From: an uncultured virus (IMG/VR IMGVR_UViG_3300020576_004096)
Taxonomy: Duplodnaviria; Heunggongvirae; Uroviricota; Caudoviricetes
IMG/VR virus record: IMGVR_UViG_3300020576_004096
Direction: 5' to 3' (one strand)
Length of the DNA: 64,000 bases
The position numbers were made by a program, and so were the translations under genes. Positions 49,008 to 58,666 of the stretch are shown piece after piece. Every line of letters begins with the position of its first letter. Position 1 is the first letter of the stretch. The notes beneath the pieces were generated by a model. It was not told the DNA's origin, did no database searches, and saw only the letters and a list, made by a program, of their open reading frames with translations.

Positions 49008-49205
49008 ATGCCTTGCATGTGCGGAGATACCCATTGTCGTTCTTGCGGTCCCGCTCAAGGCAACAACCGCTGCGAAGCCTGCGGCGCATGGGACGACGAC
49101 GGAGGCTGCAAAGACCCTGAAGCCTGTAAGAAGCGGCTGAAGGAAATCGAAGCCGAGTACGCTCGCCTGGCTGCTGCTGAAGAGGAAGCCGAAAGGTCGA
49201 ACTAA
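49008..49205 (+). CDS. small Cys-rich protein
   Basis: AGGAG SD; 8 Cys. Confidence 0.65.
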   Translation: MPCMCGDTHCRSCGPAQGNNRCEACGAWDDDGGCKDPEACKKRLKEIEAEYARLAAAEEEAERSN

Positions 49206-49229
49206 ACTTCCGCGCCAGAAAGAAATTCC

Positions 49230-49763
49230 ATGAACAGCATTGACGAACTCGAAAAGCGGCACGAAATTGAGGCTGCTGGTAAAAAGATGATTGAGAAGCT
49301 CAATGCTGTCTTTCTTCTTGCGGGGATTGACGTAAAGAGCTTCCATCAGCTTCCCAACGGCTATTGCGGCGACCAATGCGAACTTTGCCGCCGTCAACCT
49401 TGGGGCCTCGCCGAAACCAAGTACGGCCTTATCAAGATTGGCTGGCGCAAACGAGTCATCAGCATCGAATGGCCGAAAGAGGTTGACGTTCATGGCAAGA
49501 ACGTCAAATCCAACGAAGAAGCATGGATTACGGACTGGGAGAACGGCGTTCATGCTTATAGTTGGGGCAAGGCGGTTGATTATTTGGAGAAGTTCGTCGA
49601 ACTTGCCAATCAAGCCGCTTGGAAACGAGAAGCAGACGCTCGTTTGACGACTGACGAACTGGAAGAATATGAGCGACTCATGGACGCTCATAAGACCAAT
49701 CCTGGTCCCTTCCCTCCTCGTTTGCAAAGCCTCTACGACAAGCGGGCTGGCAAACAGAACTAA
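49230..49763 (+). CDS. hypothetical protein (GxIKIGWRKRVI motif)
   Basis: motif 20 nt before ATG. Confidence 0.75.
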   Translation: MNSIDELEKRHEIEAAGKKMIEKLNAVFLLAGIDVKSFHQLPNGYCGDQCELCRRQPWGLAETKYGLIKIGWRKRVISIEWPKEVDVHGKNVKSNEEAWITDWENGVHAYSWGKAVDYLEKFVELANQAAWKREADARLTTDELEEYERLMDAHKTNPGPFPPRLQSLYDKRAGKQN

Positions 49764-49787
49764 ACTTCTGCGAGAGAAGATTCTGGT

Positions 49788-50210
49788 ATGACAACGCCGC
49801 CCAAGCATTACAAGCTCGTCGCAACGAACGGACACTGCGCCATTCTTGCTCAAATCATCGGAACCGAGCCGACTGGCGAAGAAATCCCAAGTTTCTTTGC
49901 CGCCTTCATGCTGACGAAGGACTGCAAGCCCGCAATCTCCTTTGCGGAGTGCGATTGCATGGTTCGAGTCTCGAAGGACTGCAAGTACGACGATTCACTC
50001 CTCGGCTTCTGCAAAGGCTACAGCCAAGCGGCTCAAGAGCGGCGCGGAGGAATGTCTCCTCAAGACTGGACCCACAAGCAGACCATCTACGCCCAGAACG
50101 TCGAGGAACTGCGTTGGGACAGCCCCGAACTGAAGCGGCTGAGGGCTTGGCCGAAGCGTCCCGAAGACACCAACGAGCCTTTTGAGTTGGTTCCTGTCAA
50201 GCGGAACTAA
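49788..50210 (+). CDS. hypothetical protein
   Basis: motif 20 nt before ATG. Confidence 0.7.
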   Translation: MTTPPKHYKLVATNGHCAILAQIIGTEPTGEEIPSFFAAFMLTKDCKPAISFAECDCMVRVSKDCKYDDSLLGFCKGYSQAAQERRGGMSPQDWTHKQTIYAQNVEELRWDSPELKRLRAWPKRPEDTNEPFELVPVKRN

Positions 50211-50234
50211 ACTTCTCTAGCAAGGCAGAATGTC

Positions 50235-50591
50235 ATGGGATACAACAGCGGCCTCATCATTCTCAACGACGCTCTCCATGTCATCAAGGACAATCCCTTG
50301 CAGTTTACCGAGGGCGTTGTTCGAGCCATTCAGTCGGCTCCCATGAGTTACCATCGCGGCGCGAGTCGAATTGACGTTGCCGTTCAAGGTCATGTCAACG
50401 CTGCCTCCCTCTTTCATATGGCGCATGCCGACGAGCATCAAGTCTATGTTGTTGGGGGCAACACTGCACTTGTCGTCCCTGGCGGCTTTACTCGTATCGG
50501 CGGCTACCAAGACCCCAAGGAAACCAACCTCGCTCTTATCAAGCAAATGGCTGACGTTGCTGGCTATCGGCTTGTTAAGAAGCGGAACTAA
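50235..50591 (+). CDS. hypothetical protein
   Basis: motif 20 nt before ATG. Confidence 0.7.
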   Translation: MGYNSGLIILNDALHVIKDNPLQFTEGVVRAIQSAPMSYHRGASRIDVAVQGHVNAASLFHMAHADEHQVYVVGGNTALVVPGGFTRIGGYQDPKETNLALIKQMADVAGYRLVKKRN

Positions 50592-50615
50592 ACTTTCGCG
50601 CAAAGGGCGAAGGTT

Positions 50616-50891
50616 ATGCCAAAGCCCCTTTCAACCGAAGGTCAAGCCGTCGATTCCTTCCTCAATGAAGGAACAGAAACCCTCTCCTATCTTTACGAGC
50701 GTTGGCAAGACGAGCGAGAGTACGAGAACATCAACGACTACGCCAAGCCTCTCACTGCGCTGGCGACCAAGCATGGTCTCAAAATTGAGAAGATGAACAA
50801 GAGACCGTTTGGTTGCGATGTCAGCATCAACAATCGCAAGTTCCGAGTCGATGTCACGGCTCGCAGCATGGGATGGAAGGAAATCCGCTAA
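50616..50891 (+). CDS. hypothetical protein (RWQDEREYE motif)
   Basis: motif 20 nt before ATG. Confidence 0.7.
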   Translation: MPKPLSTEGQAVDSFLNEGTETLSYLYERWQDEREYENINDYAKPLTALATKHGLKIEKMNKRPFGCDVSINNRKFRVDVTARSMGWKEIR

Positions 50892-50956
50892 CGCTTTGCG
50901 CTATCGAAATGGTTGATTGACGACGGAACTAAACTTTCAACACTGCGCTGATAGGC

Positions 50957-51211
50957 ATGGGAAATCCAAATGCCAACAGCCTTGAAGCGTCCGCAACCGA
51001 ACAGAAGCCTGAGACTCTCGCTCCTCATGGGGCGATTGAAGTCAACAAGCATGACCTCAGCGAAGACGGCAAGCATTGTCTTGTCACACTGCGCAAGCCT
51101 GGGGAGAATGGTTTGACCATGACCAACGAGGAAGCCGATTCCTTCTGCAAGTGGTGGGCTGCGAATCGAACCTCCTCGGAATACATCCTCAAGTCGATTA
51201 CGATTGCTTGA
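50957..51211 (+). CDS. hypothetical protein
   Basis: motif 20 nt before ATG. Confidence 0.7.
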   Translation: MGNPNANSLEASATEQKPETLAPHGAIEVNKHDLSEDGKHCLVTLRKPGENGLTMTNEEADSFCKWWAANRTSSEYILKSITIA

Positions 51212-51257
51212 TTCCAACACTGCGCGGAACTAAACTTCCTGCGCAATGAACAAAGCC

Positions 51258-51758
51258 ATGAGCAATCCCATTCCCATGAACAACGACAAGCACACTCTCG
51301 GCAAGGCAGTTCTGAGCGGCAGGCTCAATGCCATCATCCGTCGCATGGACCGCGCCCGAGACGCTTACAAGACCTCTCACAAGACAACGAAGGACGCTGA
51401 GACCGGCAAGACCTCTCTCACCATCTTTCAAGAGGACATGGCAGCGGCGCAGGCTGAACTCGAAGCCTTGTTTCGCGACTTGAACGAAAACCTCGCCGAA
51501 GAAACAACGCTGGGCCGCGAATACAACAAGGAAACCTTTGACGCTGCACTGCGCGTCGCTCGCGGCAAGGTCTTGCAGCGGTTCAGTAACTTCCCGATTG
51601 CCGCCGCACTGCTTGAGTGTTTCCTCATGTACCTCGAAACCCAACTCGACCTCGGCGCGCATTTCCTCAACCTCCGCAAAGTGGCGAACGTCGAAGACCG
51701 AGCCAAGAGCGGAAACCAGTTCTACAACCTTGACGGCGACCCCAAGAGCAAGGGCTGA
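51258..51758 (+). CDS. hypothetical protein
   Basis: motif 20 nt before ATG 51258. Confidence 0.7.
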   Translation: MSNPIPMNNDKHTLGKAVLSGRLNAIIRRMDRARDAYKTSHKTTKDAETGKTSLTIFQEDMAAAQAELEALFRDLNENLAEETTLGREYNKETFDAALRVARGKVLQRFSNFPIAAALLECFLMYLETQLDLGAHFLNLRKVANVEDRAKSGNQFYNLDGDPKSKG

Positions 51759-52484
51759 GAACTAAACTTCCTCGGCAACTCCAAAGAGCATGGATTGGTA
51801 GAACCAACAGGAAACCAACCGGCAGGTTGGGTGTATGGTTGGGAGCCTAGATACCCCTTGTTGGTAGGTCAAGCCAACTGGTCGGAACCCGAACGAGACT
51901 CGGGAGGTAGGTATACCCGGGCGGCCCTAAACAAGCCGCCCTTATGTTTGCGCCCTTCGTAATCGTTATGAGTGAAATGATCGGATCGACCCTCGATGAT
52001 CTTCCCATCTATTAATTGGTCACTTAAGCCACACAACCGCACACAATTTGCCTAAAAGTGACCTAACGACTGCTGGATTTAGTGGAAACCGGGTCAGGGT
52101 TCCCAGGGTTTCGTCAAATCCAGAGCGGGCTGCCCAGGGTTCCGAGACCCCGCAACGGGCTGCCTCAAGGCGGAGCCGCTCTGAAGCCCCTAACGAAGAT
52201 GTAACAGCGGGCTGAAACGGCAGAACTAAACTTCCAAACCCATACAACCGCCAACCAAACCCAACCGCCTAGCGCAATCCGTTAGGGAAAGATTCGTATA
52301 CCAACAGTATACAGCAGGCAGAAATCGTTATGAGTGATACAGGTTCAGCGAGCAGCCCGATTGCGAACCCGAGCAGGTAGCGAGAACTAAACTTTGCGCG
52401 CAGAATCAATCCTCAACAACGGAAACAACCGCCGAGTAGGACTAAACTTCCGTTGGAGAACTGAGAAGCAGAAAGGAAAGCCCC

Positions 52485-53213
52485 ATGAAACTGATTACTC
52501 GCAACGAACTCCGAACTCTCCTCCTCGCCCAAACGGGCGCAACCATCGTTTCGCTCGTTTCGGTTGTCGAGCCGGACCTGCGGGCGAAGGACGACAACGG
52601 CAACGCAAACCCCTTCATGGCGGGCCGCAAACTCGCCGATGGGTTCACCATCGCCAAGACGAACAAGGCGACGGGCCGAATCGACACGGACTACAACCGC
52701 GAAGTCGAGAACCAACTGCGCAAGGAAATCATCGAGGAGCGCATGGCGGCGAACATGCCCCCGCTTCCGACCAACGAACTCGAAGCCGAAATCGAGGCGC
52801 GCTTCCGCAAGGGCGAATCTTGGCATCGCCCCATCATGGCGGCGAACGGGCGGCCTACTCCGCTCTCCGTCAACAAGAAGGACGGACCCAACGACGACGG
52901 CGCGGCCTATCTCCGCATCATCATCAGCGCAGAAGGGGACAGCGAATTCCTCAAGTATGAGGACGGCACAACGGTTCCGAGCGAGAACGTCATCCCCTTC
53001 AATCAGAAGAAGAAGCCCTACGCCAATCAGGGGACGAAGCAGCCGCGCCAGATTCGGACCTACGGCTTGGAGAACATCGTCGAGTTTACCATGAACGGCG
53101 AACGCTACCGAGTCGCGGACAACTTCCTCTCCCGCCCCGAGGCAATGAGGCACCGAATTTGGGATATCGCCGAGCAGTACCTCAACGGCGAGCGCAGCAT
53201 GGCGAAGGTCTGA
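52485..53213 (+). CDS. hypothetical phage protein
   Basis: AAGGA SD downstream of motif. Confidence 0.75.
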   Translation: MKLITRNELRTLLLAQTGATIVSLVSVVEPDLRAKDDNGNANPFMAGRKLADGFTIAKTNKATGRIDTDYNREVENQLRKEIIEERMAANMPPLPTNELEAEIEARFRKGESWHRPIMAANGRPTPLSVNKKDGPNDDGAAYLRIIISAEGDSEFLKYEDGTTVPSENVIPFNQKKKPYANQGTKQPRQIRTYGLENIVEFTMNGERYRVADNFLSRPEAMRHRIWDIAEQYLNGERSMAKV

Positions 53214-53417
53214 AACTAAACTTTCATACCTGCCAATCCAACAAACTTTCATGGGCGACCAACGCCGAACGGGGACCAAACCGTATCGGCGTTCGGTCTT
53301 TGGTAAAGCGAAATGGTTATGAGTGAACATTCTGAGCCGTCGCCGAACTCAGAGCAAGTGAAAGAATCAGGACTAAACTATCGGCGCAACTCTGATTGTT
53401 GAAAGGAAGCCCAACCC

Positions 53418-53816
53418 ATGAAAGCGCAGAACTCCGAACATTACATTCCGATTGGTCTTGACGACGCAGCGAGCAACGCAGCAACGGCGGTCGAAGAAGC
53501 GACCGATATCCGAGTCAAGGTCAAGAACGACCCGAGAACTCGCGGACAGAGGGACCATGTTGTTTTGCTTTGGAACGACGACGAACATACCGAAGTGTTC
53601 GTTATGGCGATCCTCATGGAAGTCTGCAAAATGACGCAAGAACAAGCGTTTGAGACTGCCATGAAAGTCCATAACGAGGGCAAGGCCCCCGTTTGGCGCG
53701 GCTTGCTCGAACCTTGCGAACTGAAGCGCGAACAAATCGCAACCTTCCGAGACAAGTTTATCGTTGAGAATGGAGGCCCCAACCTTCCCCTCAACGTCAC
53801 CGTCGCGGAAGCGTAA
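53418..53816 (+). CDS. clpS: ATP-dependent Clp protease adaptor ClpS
   Basis: VVLLWNDDEHT..FV...VHNEGKA.V...E.CELK. Confidence 0.85.
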   Translation: MKAQNSEHYIPIGLDDAASNAATAVEEATDIRVKVKNDPRTRGQRDHVVLLWNDDEHTEVFVMAILMEVCKMTQEQAFETAMKVHNEGKAPVWRGLLEPCELKREQIATFRDKFIVENGGPNLPLNVTVAEA

Positions 53817-53955
53817 CTAAACTTCCAGAACAATGAACTTTCATGGGCGAGAGCGTTGAGCGAACTGCGGCGGTTCGCTCCGCTCTCTTTAACCTTTGAT
53901 AATCGTTATGAGTGAACCAGTCGCCGACTAAACTTCCGCGCAAAAATTCAAGAGT

Positions 53956-54147
53956 ATGAACAACAACCCTCCCAATCCCATGCGTCCCATGCCTCAAGGC
54001 CCCCAGAACGTCCACAGCGTTACCCTCAACGGTCAAACCAAGACCGTCACCGGGGCGTTCAGCAGCGACCACGCCGCTCGCCAGGCGTTTGGGAGCAACT
54101 GGAACCGGGCGACCGTCCAGACGACCCAAACGAAGAAGTGGATGTAA
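53956..54147 (+). CDS. small hypothetical protein
   Basis: motif 20 nt before ATG. Confidence 0.65.
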   Translation: MNNNPPNPMRPMPQGPQNVHSVTLNGQTKTVTGAFSSDHAARQAFGSNWNRATVQTTQTKKWM

Positions 54148-54182
54148 GGCAGAACTAAACTTCCCAACAGAAGGGGAAGAAC

Positions 54183-54530
54183 ATGCCGAACGTCAAGAAG
54201 AACTACCCGAAACTCGCCGATATGAAGGCCGCTAACCCCGGTTTCTTCAACAAGGCCAACAAGTCTTTCTTTGGCGACCAGAAACATCGGGCGTATCATG
54301 GCTACCTCATTGTTGAGGGAACAACGCCGCACAGCGACGGCAGCAAGAGCAAGCGCATTGCCGTCTATCGGTTCGCTCCCGAACTGAACAAGGACGACCC
54401 ATTCTTTCACGTTACTCTCGCCGAGGACTCTCGCAACGTCGATAGGGTTAAGGAACTCATCAGCGAGTACGAGAAGAATGAGTGGCCGACGAAGGCCGCC
54501 CGAATCGCAGCGGAAGTTAAGAAGGCGTAA
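54183..54530 (+). CDS. hypothetical protein
   Basis: motif 20 nt before ATG. Confidence 0.7.
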   Translation: MPNVKKNYPKLADMKAANPGFFNKANKSFFGDQKHRAYHGYLIVEGTTPHSDGSKSKRIAVYRFAPELNKDDPFFHVTLAEDSRNVDRVKELISEYEKNEWPTKAARIAAEVKKA

Positions 54531-54561
54531 CTAAACTTTCGCGCCAAGAGAGAAACGTACC

Positions 54562-54906
54562 ATGAAAGACGCAAAGGGCAACAAGGTCGGTATCGGAACT
54601 CTCCTCTACGCCAATCTCGGAGACTACGGCCCCTGCGCTCGAATTTGCGACTTCAAGACAGACCCATTCGGAAGGGGTTACGATTGCGCTTATCTCGAAT
54701 GGGGAACAACAATCACCGACGAGTTTGGGAACAAGACGTTTATCCCAATCTATAGCAAGCCGCAACCAATCAGCCTTGAAAGCCTTAAGAACTCCTATTG
54801 GAGCGCAACGAGGACTTTCTGGCAAGAACTCGCCCAACCGCTTCGCAAGTGGTGGTACGAATTCCGCGCCGAACTCAAGAAGGCATTGGCAACTTACAAG
54901 GACTGA
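54562..54906 (+). CDS. hypothetical protein
   Basis: follows motif. Confidence 0.7.
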   Translation: MKDAKGNKVGIGTLLYANLGDYGPCARICDFKTDPFGRGYDCAYLEWGTTITDEFGNKTFIPIYSKPQPISLESLKNSYWSATRTFWQELAQPLRKWWYEFRAELKKALATYKD

Positions 54907-54910
54907 ACTC

Positions 54911-55132
54911 ATGGCAGCAACACCAATCAATCAGAAGCAGCCAGGCGACTCGGGCTACGTTTACTTCTACAACAGCCAACGAATCGAACTCTACGCCAAG
55001 AACGCAGCAGACGCAAAGGACAAGGCGGTGGCGTACTTCAAGCCGCCCAAGAGCAAACGCCATATGGTTCATGGCATGATTGCCGAGGACAAGGACGGCA
55101 ACGCCGTCGTCCATTCGACCGCTTCAATCTGA
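54911..55132 (+). CDS. small hypothetical protein
   Basis: AAGGA SD. Confidence 0.65.
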   Translation: MAATPINQKQPGDSGYVYFYNSQRIELYAKNAADAKDKAVAYFKPPKSKRHMVHGMIAEDKDGNAVVHSTASI

Positions 55133-55261
55133 AGAACTAAACTTCAGAACCAGCCCAAACTTCAATCGGTTTCGGTTGTTCAATTCCGAAACTAAACTTT
55201 CGGCGCAGAACAGATAGGCATGAAGGGAATGAACCCTTCGCCTAACTGAAAGGACCGAATC

Positions 55262-55615
55262 ATGCCTCTCGACCGCAACCAACTCGCCAAACTCATGCAG
55301 AACCCCGCCCAAGCCCTCATGGAAGCGCAGCAAGCCGAAATCGCGGCAATGGCGGGCGGCAACGTCCCCGTCCAACTCCCCGGCATGACGCTCAAGGACA
55401 TCGAGGACGAACTTCGCAAGCGCGCCGCCGCGGCCGAACAATTGGGCGACCGAACCATCGTTCGGACGACCGAATCCCTCATCGCCATGAATCGCCAATG
55501 GATGGCGGGCGTTGCGGGCGGCATGGTTGCCCTCCAGAACCAAGTCAACGAACTTCGAGCCGCCAACGCCAACGGCGGCAACGTCATCGAGGTCAAGCCC
55601 AAGAAGAAGAAGTAA
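55262..55615 (+). CDS. helical hypothetical protein
   Basis: AAGGA SD. Confidence 0.7.
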   Translation: MPLDRNQLAKLMQNPAQALMEAQQAEIAAMAGGNVPVQLPGMTLKDIEDELRKRAAAAEQLGDRTIVRTTESLIAMNRQWMAGVAGGMVALQNQVNELRAANANGGNVIEVKPKKKK

Positions 55616-55851
55616 TCCTCCAGCCGCCAAGCAGGGAGCCGACAATCGGTAATCCCCCAATAAGGGCCGCAAGGCCCTTTGGCGGTTTAAGAACTAAACT
55701 TTCTGAACCATGCCGAGACGTAAGGGACGAGCAATCCGCCAGCCGCAAGGTTGGCTCTCGGGCCAACGCAGCGTAATCGTTATGAGTGAATCAGGTTCGC
55801 CGAGGAACCAGGTCTATGCGAAACTAAACTTCCCAAACATTAAGAACTAAC

Positions 55852-56073
55852 ATGCTCGACCCCTTCGCCGCTACCGTTGAACATGGCAAAGTCATCATCG
55901 CCAACATCGAGGCGAATCTCCGAAGGAATCGCCAGCCCAAGCCGAAGCGTCCAACTCCCCAAACGCCCTACAAGGGTTCATGGGCGCACAGCGAACAACT
56001 CCGCAAAGAGCGAGGCGAGCCGCTCAAGACTCCGCCAGCGTTTGACAGCGGTTGGGTTACGCTTAAGTCGTAA
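55852..56073 (+). CDS. small hypothetical protein
   Basis: motif 20 nt before ATG. Confidence 0.65.
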   Translation: MLDPFAATVEHGKVIIANIEANLRRNRQPKPKRPTPQTPYKGSWAHSEQLRKERGEPLKTPPAFDSGWVTLKS

Positions 56074-56101
56074 CTAAACTTCCGCGCAAAGAGGGATTGG
56101 T

Positions 56102-56260
56102 ATGCCGCTCAACAGAGAACAATACAGTAACCTTTGGGACGAGGGCTACAACGCTTTCTTTGATAAGAAGCCCTCAACGTCCTGCCTTTACGCCGAAGGG
56201 TCCGAAGAGCGCAAGGCATGGATGGAAGGTTTCAACTACGCCGAGGAAACGCAGAAGTAA
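56102..56260 (+). CDS. Rmf/CrpP-fold small protein (52 aa, below ORF-track cutoff)
   Basis: EGYNA...SCLY...RKAWMEGF matches the RMF pattern RGYxA...CPY...RxxWxxGW. Confidence 0.6.
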   Translation: MPLNREQYSNLWDEGYNAFFDKKPSTSCLYAEGSEERKAWMEGFNYAEETQK

Positions 56261-56289
56261 ACTAAACTTCCGCGCAAAGAGGGATTGGT

Positions 56290-56517
56290 ATGCCGCAAGA
56301 CAATCAAAAGCCCAAACTCTCCGACGATGACCTTGTATGGTCAATGGTTGTGTTCATGGAAGAACACGGAGGCGAGCGCATGCTCAAAGCAACCGCAATG
56401 GCTTGCAAACTCATCTCCGAGAAAGCCAAGACCGAACTCGACGGAACTTCCGCTCAAGTTTGGGAAGAAGCACGCAAGAGAGTCGCTTCCGCCGCTCAAT
56501 ACTTGGAGGAGAACTAA
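56290..56517 (+). CDS. small hypothetical protein
   Basis: motif 20 nt before ATG. Confidence 0.7.
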   Translation: MPQDNQKPKLSDDDLVWSMVVFMEEHGGERMLKATAMACKLISEKAKTELDGTSAQVWEEARKRVASAAQYLEEN

Positions 56518-56541
56518 ACTTCCTGCCTACCCTTGTTAGGC

Positions 56542-56730
56542 ATGGAAGCAATCCAAACAAGAACTTGCGAGGATTGCAGAGAACCCTTTGAGGTACTCGA
56601 CCCAACATGCAAGGCCGAAGTCCGTTGCATTACTTGTCAAGTTTTGTTTCGCTTGACGGGTAAGACCGCTCATCAGCGGTATATCGAGGAACTTAAGAAG
56701 CAACAGGAGGAAGCCCATGCCTCTGTCTGA
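56542..56730 (+). CDS. small zinc-ribbon protein
   Basis: CEDC...CITC; motif 20 nt before ATG. Confidence 0.65.
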   Translation: MEAIQTRTCEDCREPFEVLDPTCKAEVRCITCQVLFRLTGKTAHQRYIEELKKQQEEAHASV

Positions 56731-57025
56731 ACAAGAAGCCGCCAAAATCCGAGTCGAATCGAAGCGCGCCAGCAAGGGAATGGGAAACCTCATTCTCCCC
56801 ATCCTCCGAGAGCCGCCCTTCCCAACTTCCCTCAAGGCGGGCGACATCGTTGGATTCCGCTACATTGTCGCAGGAGGCGAGCGTCCCCTCTACTTCAATG
56901 ACAACGGTTGGGAAGTCGTTGGGTTCGCCCATGACCCCAAGACGAGCCGCCAGAACCTTGTGGTGGTTCATAAGGAGGACCGAACCATCAACATCGAACT
57001 GAAGGACATCACTTCGCGGAACTAA
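56717..57025 (+). CDS. hypothetical protein
   Basis: AGGAGG SD. Confidence 0.7.
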   Translation: MPLSEQEAAKIRVESKRASKGMGNLILPILREPPFPTSLKAGDIVGFRYIVAGGERPLYFNDNGWEVVGFAHDPKTSRQNLVVVHKEDRTINIELKDITSRN

Positions 57026-57049
57026 ACTTCCTGCCATGACCTAAATAGC

Positions 57050-57295
57050 ATGGCAAACTTCTCCCTCATCAACATCCGCAAAGAGAGCAGCGACGGAACA
57101 ATCATCGAGGGAGAGTGGATTCAGAACGCCGTCGCCTGTACGCTCGAAGAAGCAACCCAACGAGCCATCGGTTACGAGCGCAAAGTCTGGGGCGTTCAAA
57201 CCCATGTTGGAGTCGTCGCAGAAGTCCCCTCATCAACGCCGCAAGGAGTTTGGGCAAACCTCAAGAGACTCGACCAGAGCCGTAGGTATTCGTAA
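57050..57295 (+). CDS. hypothetical protein
   Basis: motif 20 nt before ATG. Confidence 0.7.
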   Translation: MANFSLINIRKESSDGTIIEGEWIQNAVACTLEEATQRAIGYERKVWGVQTHVGVVAEVPSSTPQGVWANLKRLDQSRRYS

Positions 57296-57481
57296 CTAAA
57301 CTTTCCGCGCAAAAGGGAAAGTCAACGGAAAAAGCAAGGTTGCCGCGAGACTGGCGGCAGCAGCGGACGGGAGTTAGTCGCCCGAGCCGCACTTGTTACT
57401 TAACAACGCCTAATCGTTATGAGTGAACGCCCGCTGCCTTACGAACGCCGAAACTAAACTTCTCTCTTAAATAACAAGAGC

Positions 57482-57781
57482 ATGGCAAAGCAGAAGACCG
57501 AATTCTACCAGCACAAGGCCGAGACTTGGGACGCCAAGACTTGCGAGAAGAAGGCCAAGCATGTCGCTAAGGACGGTCTTGGAACGCCTTACCCTTTCAA
57601 GGGCTACATCGGCTCCTCCACCTCAATCCCTCCCAAGTACGGCGCAATCCGCTACAACGGCGGATGCGTCAGAGAGGGAGAGTGGTATCAGGGCGAATTC
57701 TTCCCGCTTCCCAACGTCGCCGAAGGGTTCGTGATTCAGCAAGTCCCGAACTGGGGCTACCGAATCGTCAAGGAGTCTTAA
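57482..57781 (+). CDS. hypothetical protein
   Basis: motif 20 nt before ATG. Confidence 0.7.
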   Translation: MAKQKTEFYQHKAETWDAKTCEKKAKHVAKDGLGTPYPFKGYIGSSTSIPPKYGAIRYNGGCVREGEWYQGEFFPLPNVAEGFVIQQVPNWGYRIVKES

Positions 57782-57819
57782 GAACCGAGAACTAAACTTC
57801 TCGCGAAAGAGAGAAAGCC

Positions 57820-58047
57820 ATGAGCAACGCAACCAAGCCCAAGTCCAAGAAGTCCAAGCCCCGCAAGTCAGCCAACGTCCAACTCGGTGTTTACATCGAC
57901 GTTGGGGATATCGTCCGAGTCGCTGGACCCGACAAGGCCCAGAAGATGGTGGACAAGATTCTCCGCTTCGTCGGCAACGACAAGACCCGAGTGAACATCC
58001 CCAAGAAACTCCGCAAGACCCTCGCAACCGTCGCCGGGAAGAACTAA
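57820..58047 (+). CDS. small basic protein
   Basis: motif 20 nt before ATG. Confidence 0.7.
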   Translation: MSNATKPKSKKSKPRKSANVQLGVYIDVGDIVRVAGPDKAQKMVDKILRFVGNDKTRVNIPKKLRKTLATVAGKN

Positions 58048-58372
58048 ACTTCCCAACCTTACCAGTTAGGTAAGAAAGGACTCTTACCCATGAAAATCAG
58101 CGAAATGTCATTCGGTCAATTGATGGACGCCTTTGAGGTCGCCAAGATGGAGGGTGACGCCGAACTCATGTTGACCCTTTGGAATGAACTCAGCAACCGC
58201 CGAGGAGCCAGAGCCGCATGAAGTATCAGACCGACGCAGACCGCGACGCCCAAGCCATCCAGAACTGGGCCGAACAGCAAGAGAAGAAGCACAACCGCAA
58301 GGAGAGGCAGCGGAAGAAGAAACGGGGGAACTAAACTTCCTGCCGTCGCTTGTAAGGAAGAAAGGACAGCCC

Positions 58373-58666
58373 ATGAAAACCGCTCGCAAGCCATTCCGAA
58401 CCTTCCTCAAGAACAGCAAGACCCACAGCCTCGAATTCGTCATCTCCCTCGTTCAGCGCATCAACCCCGAACTCTCCTACGACGACGCCAAGGCCGTCGC
58501 CCTCAAGGTCCACAACAACGGCAAGGCCCTCGTCGCCAAGGGCAGCAGAGAGGCTTGCCGCAAGGCCGCTCGAATCGTCCGAGAGGCGGGAGAGGACGCA
58601 GCGGCCCTCCGCTACCTCAGCCTCAAAGGGCAAGGCCCCATGAAGACGACCATCGACCGTAACTAA
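58373..58666 (+). CDS. divergent ClpS-like protein
   Basis: FLKNSKTHSLEFVI...VALKVHNNGKALV..GSREAC. Confidence 0.7.
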   Translation: MKTARKPFRTFLKNSKTHSLEFVISLVQRINPELSYDDAKAVALKVHNNGKALVAKGSREACRKAARIVREAGEDAAALRYLSLKGQGPMKTTIDRN

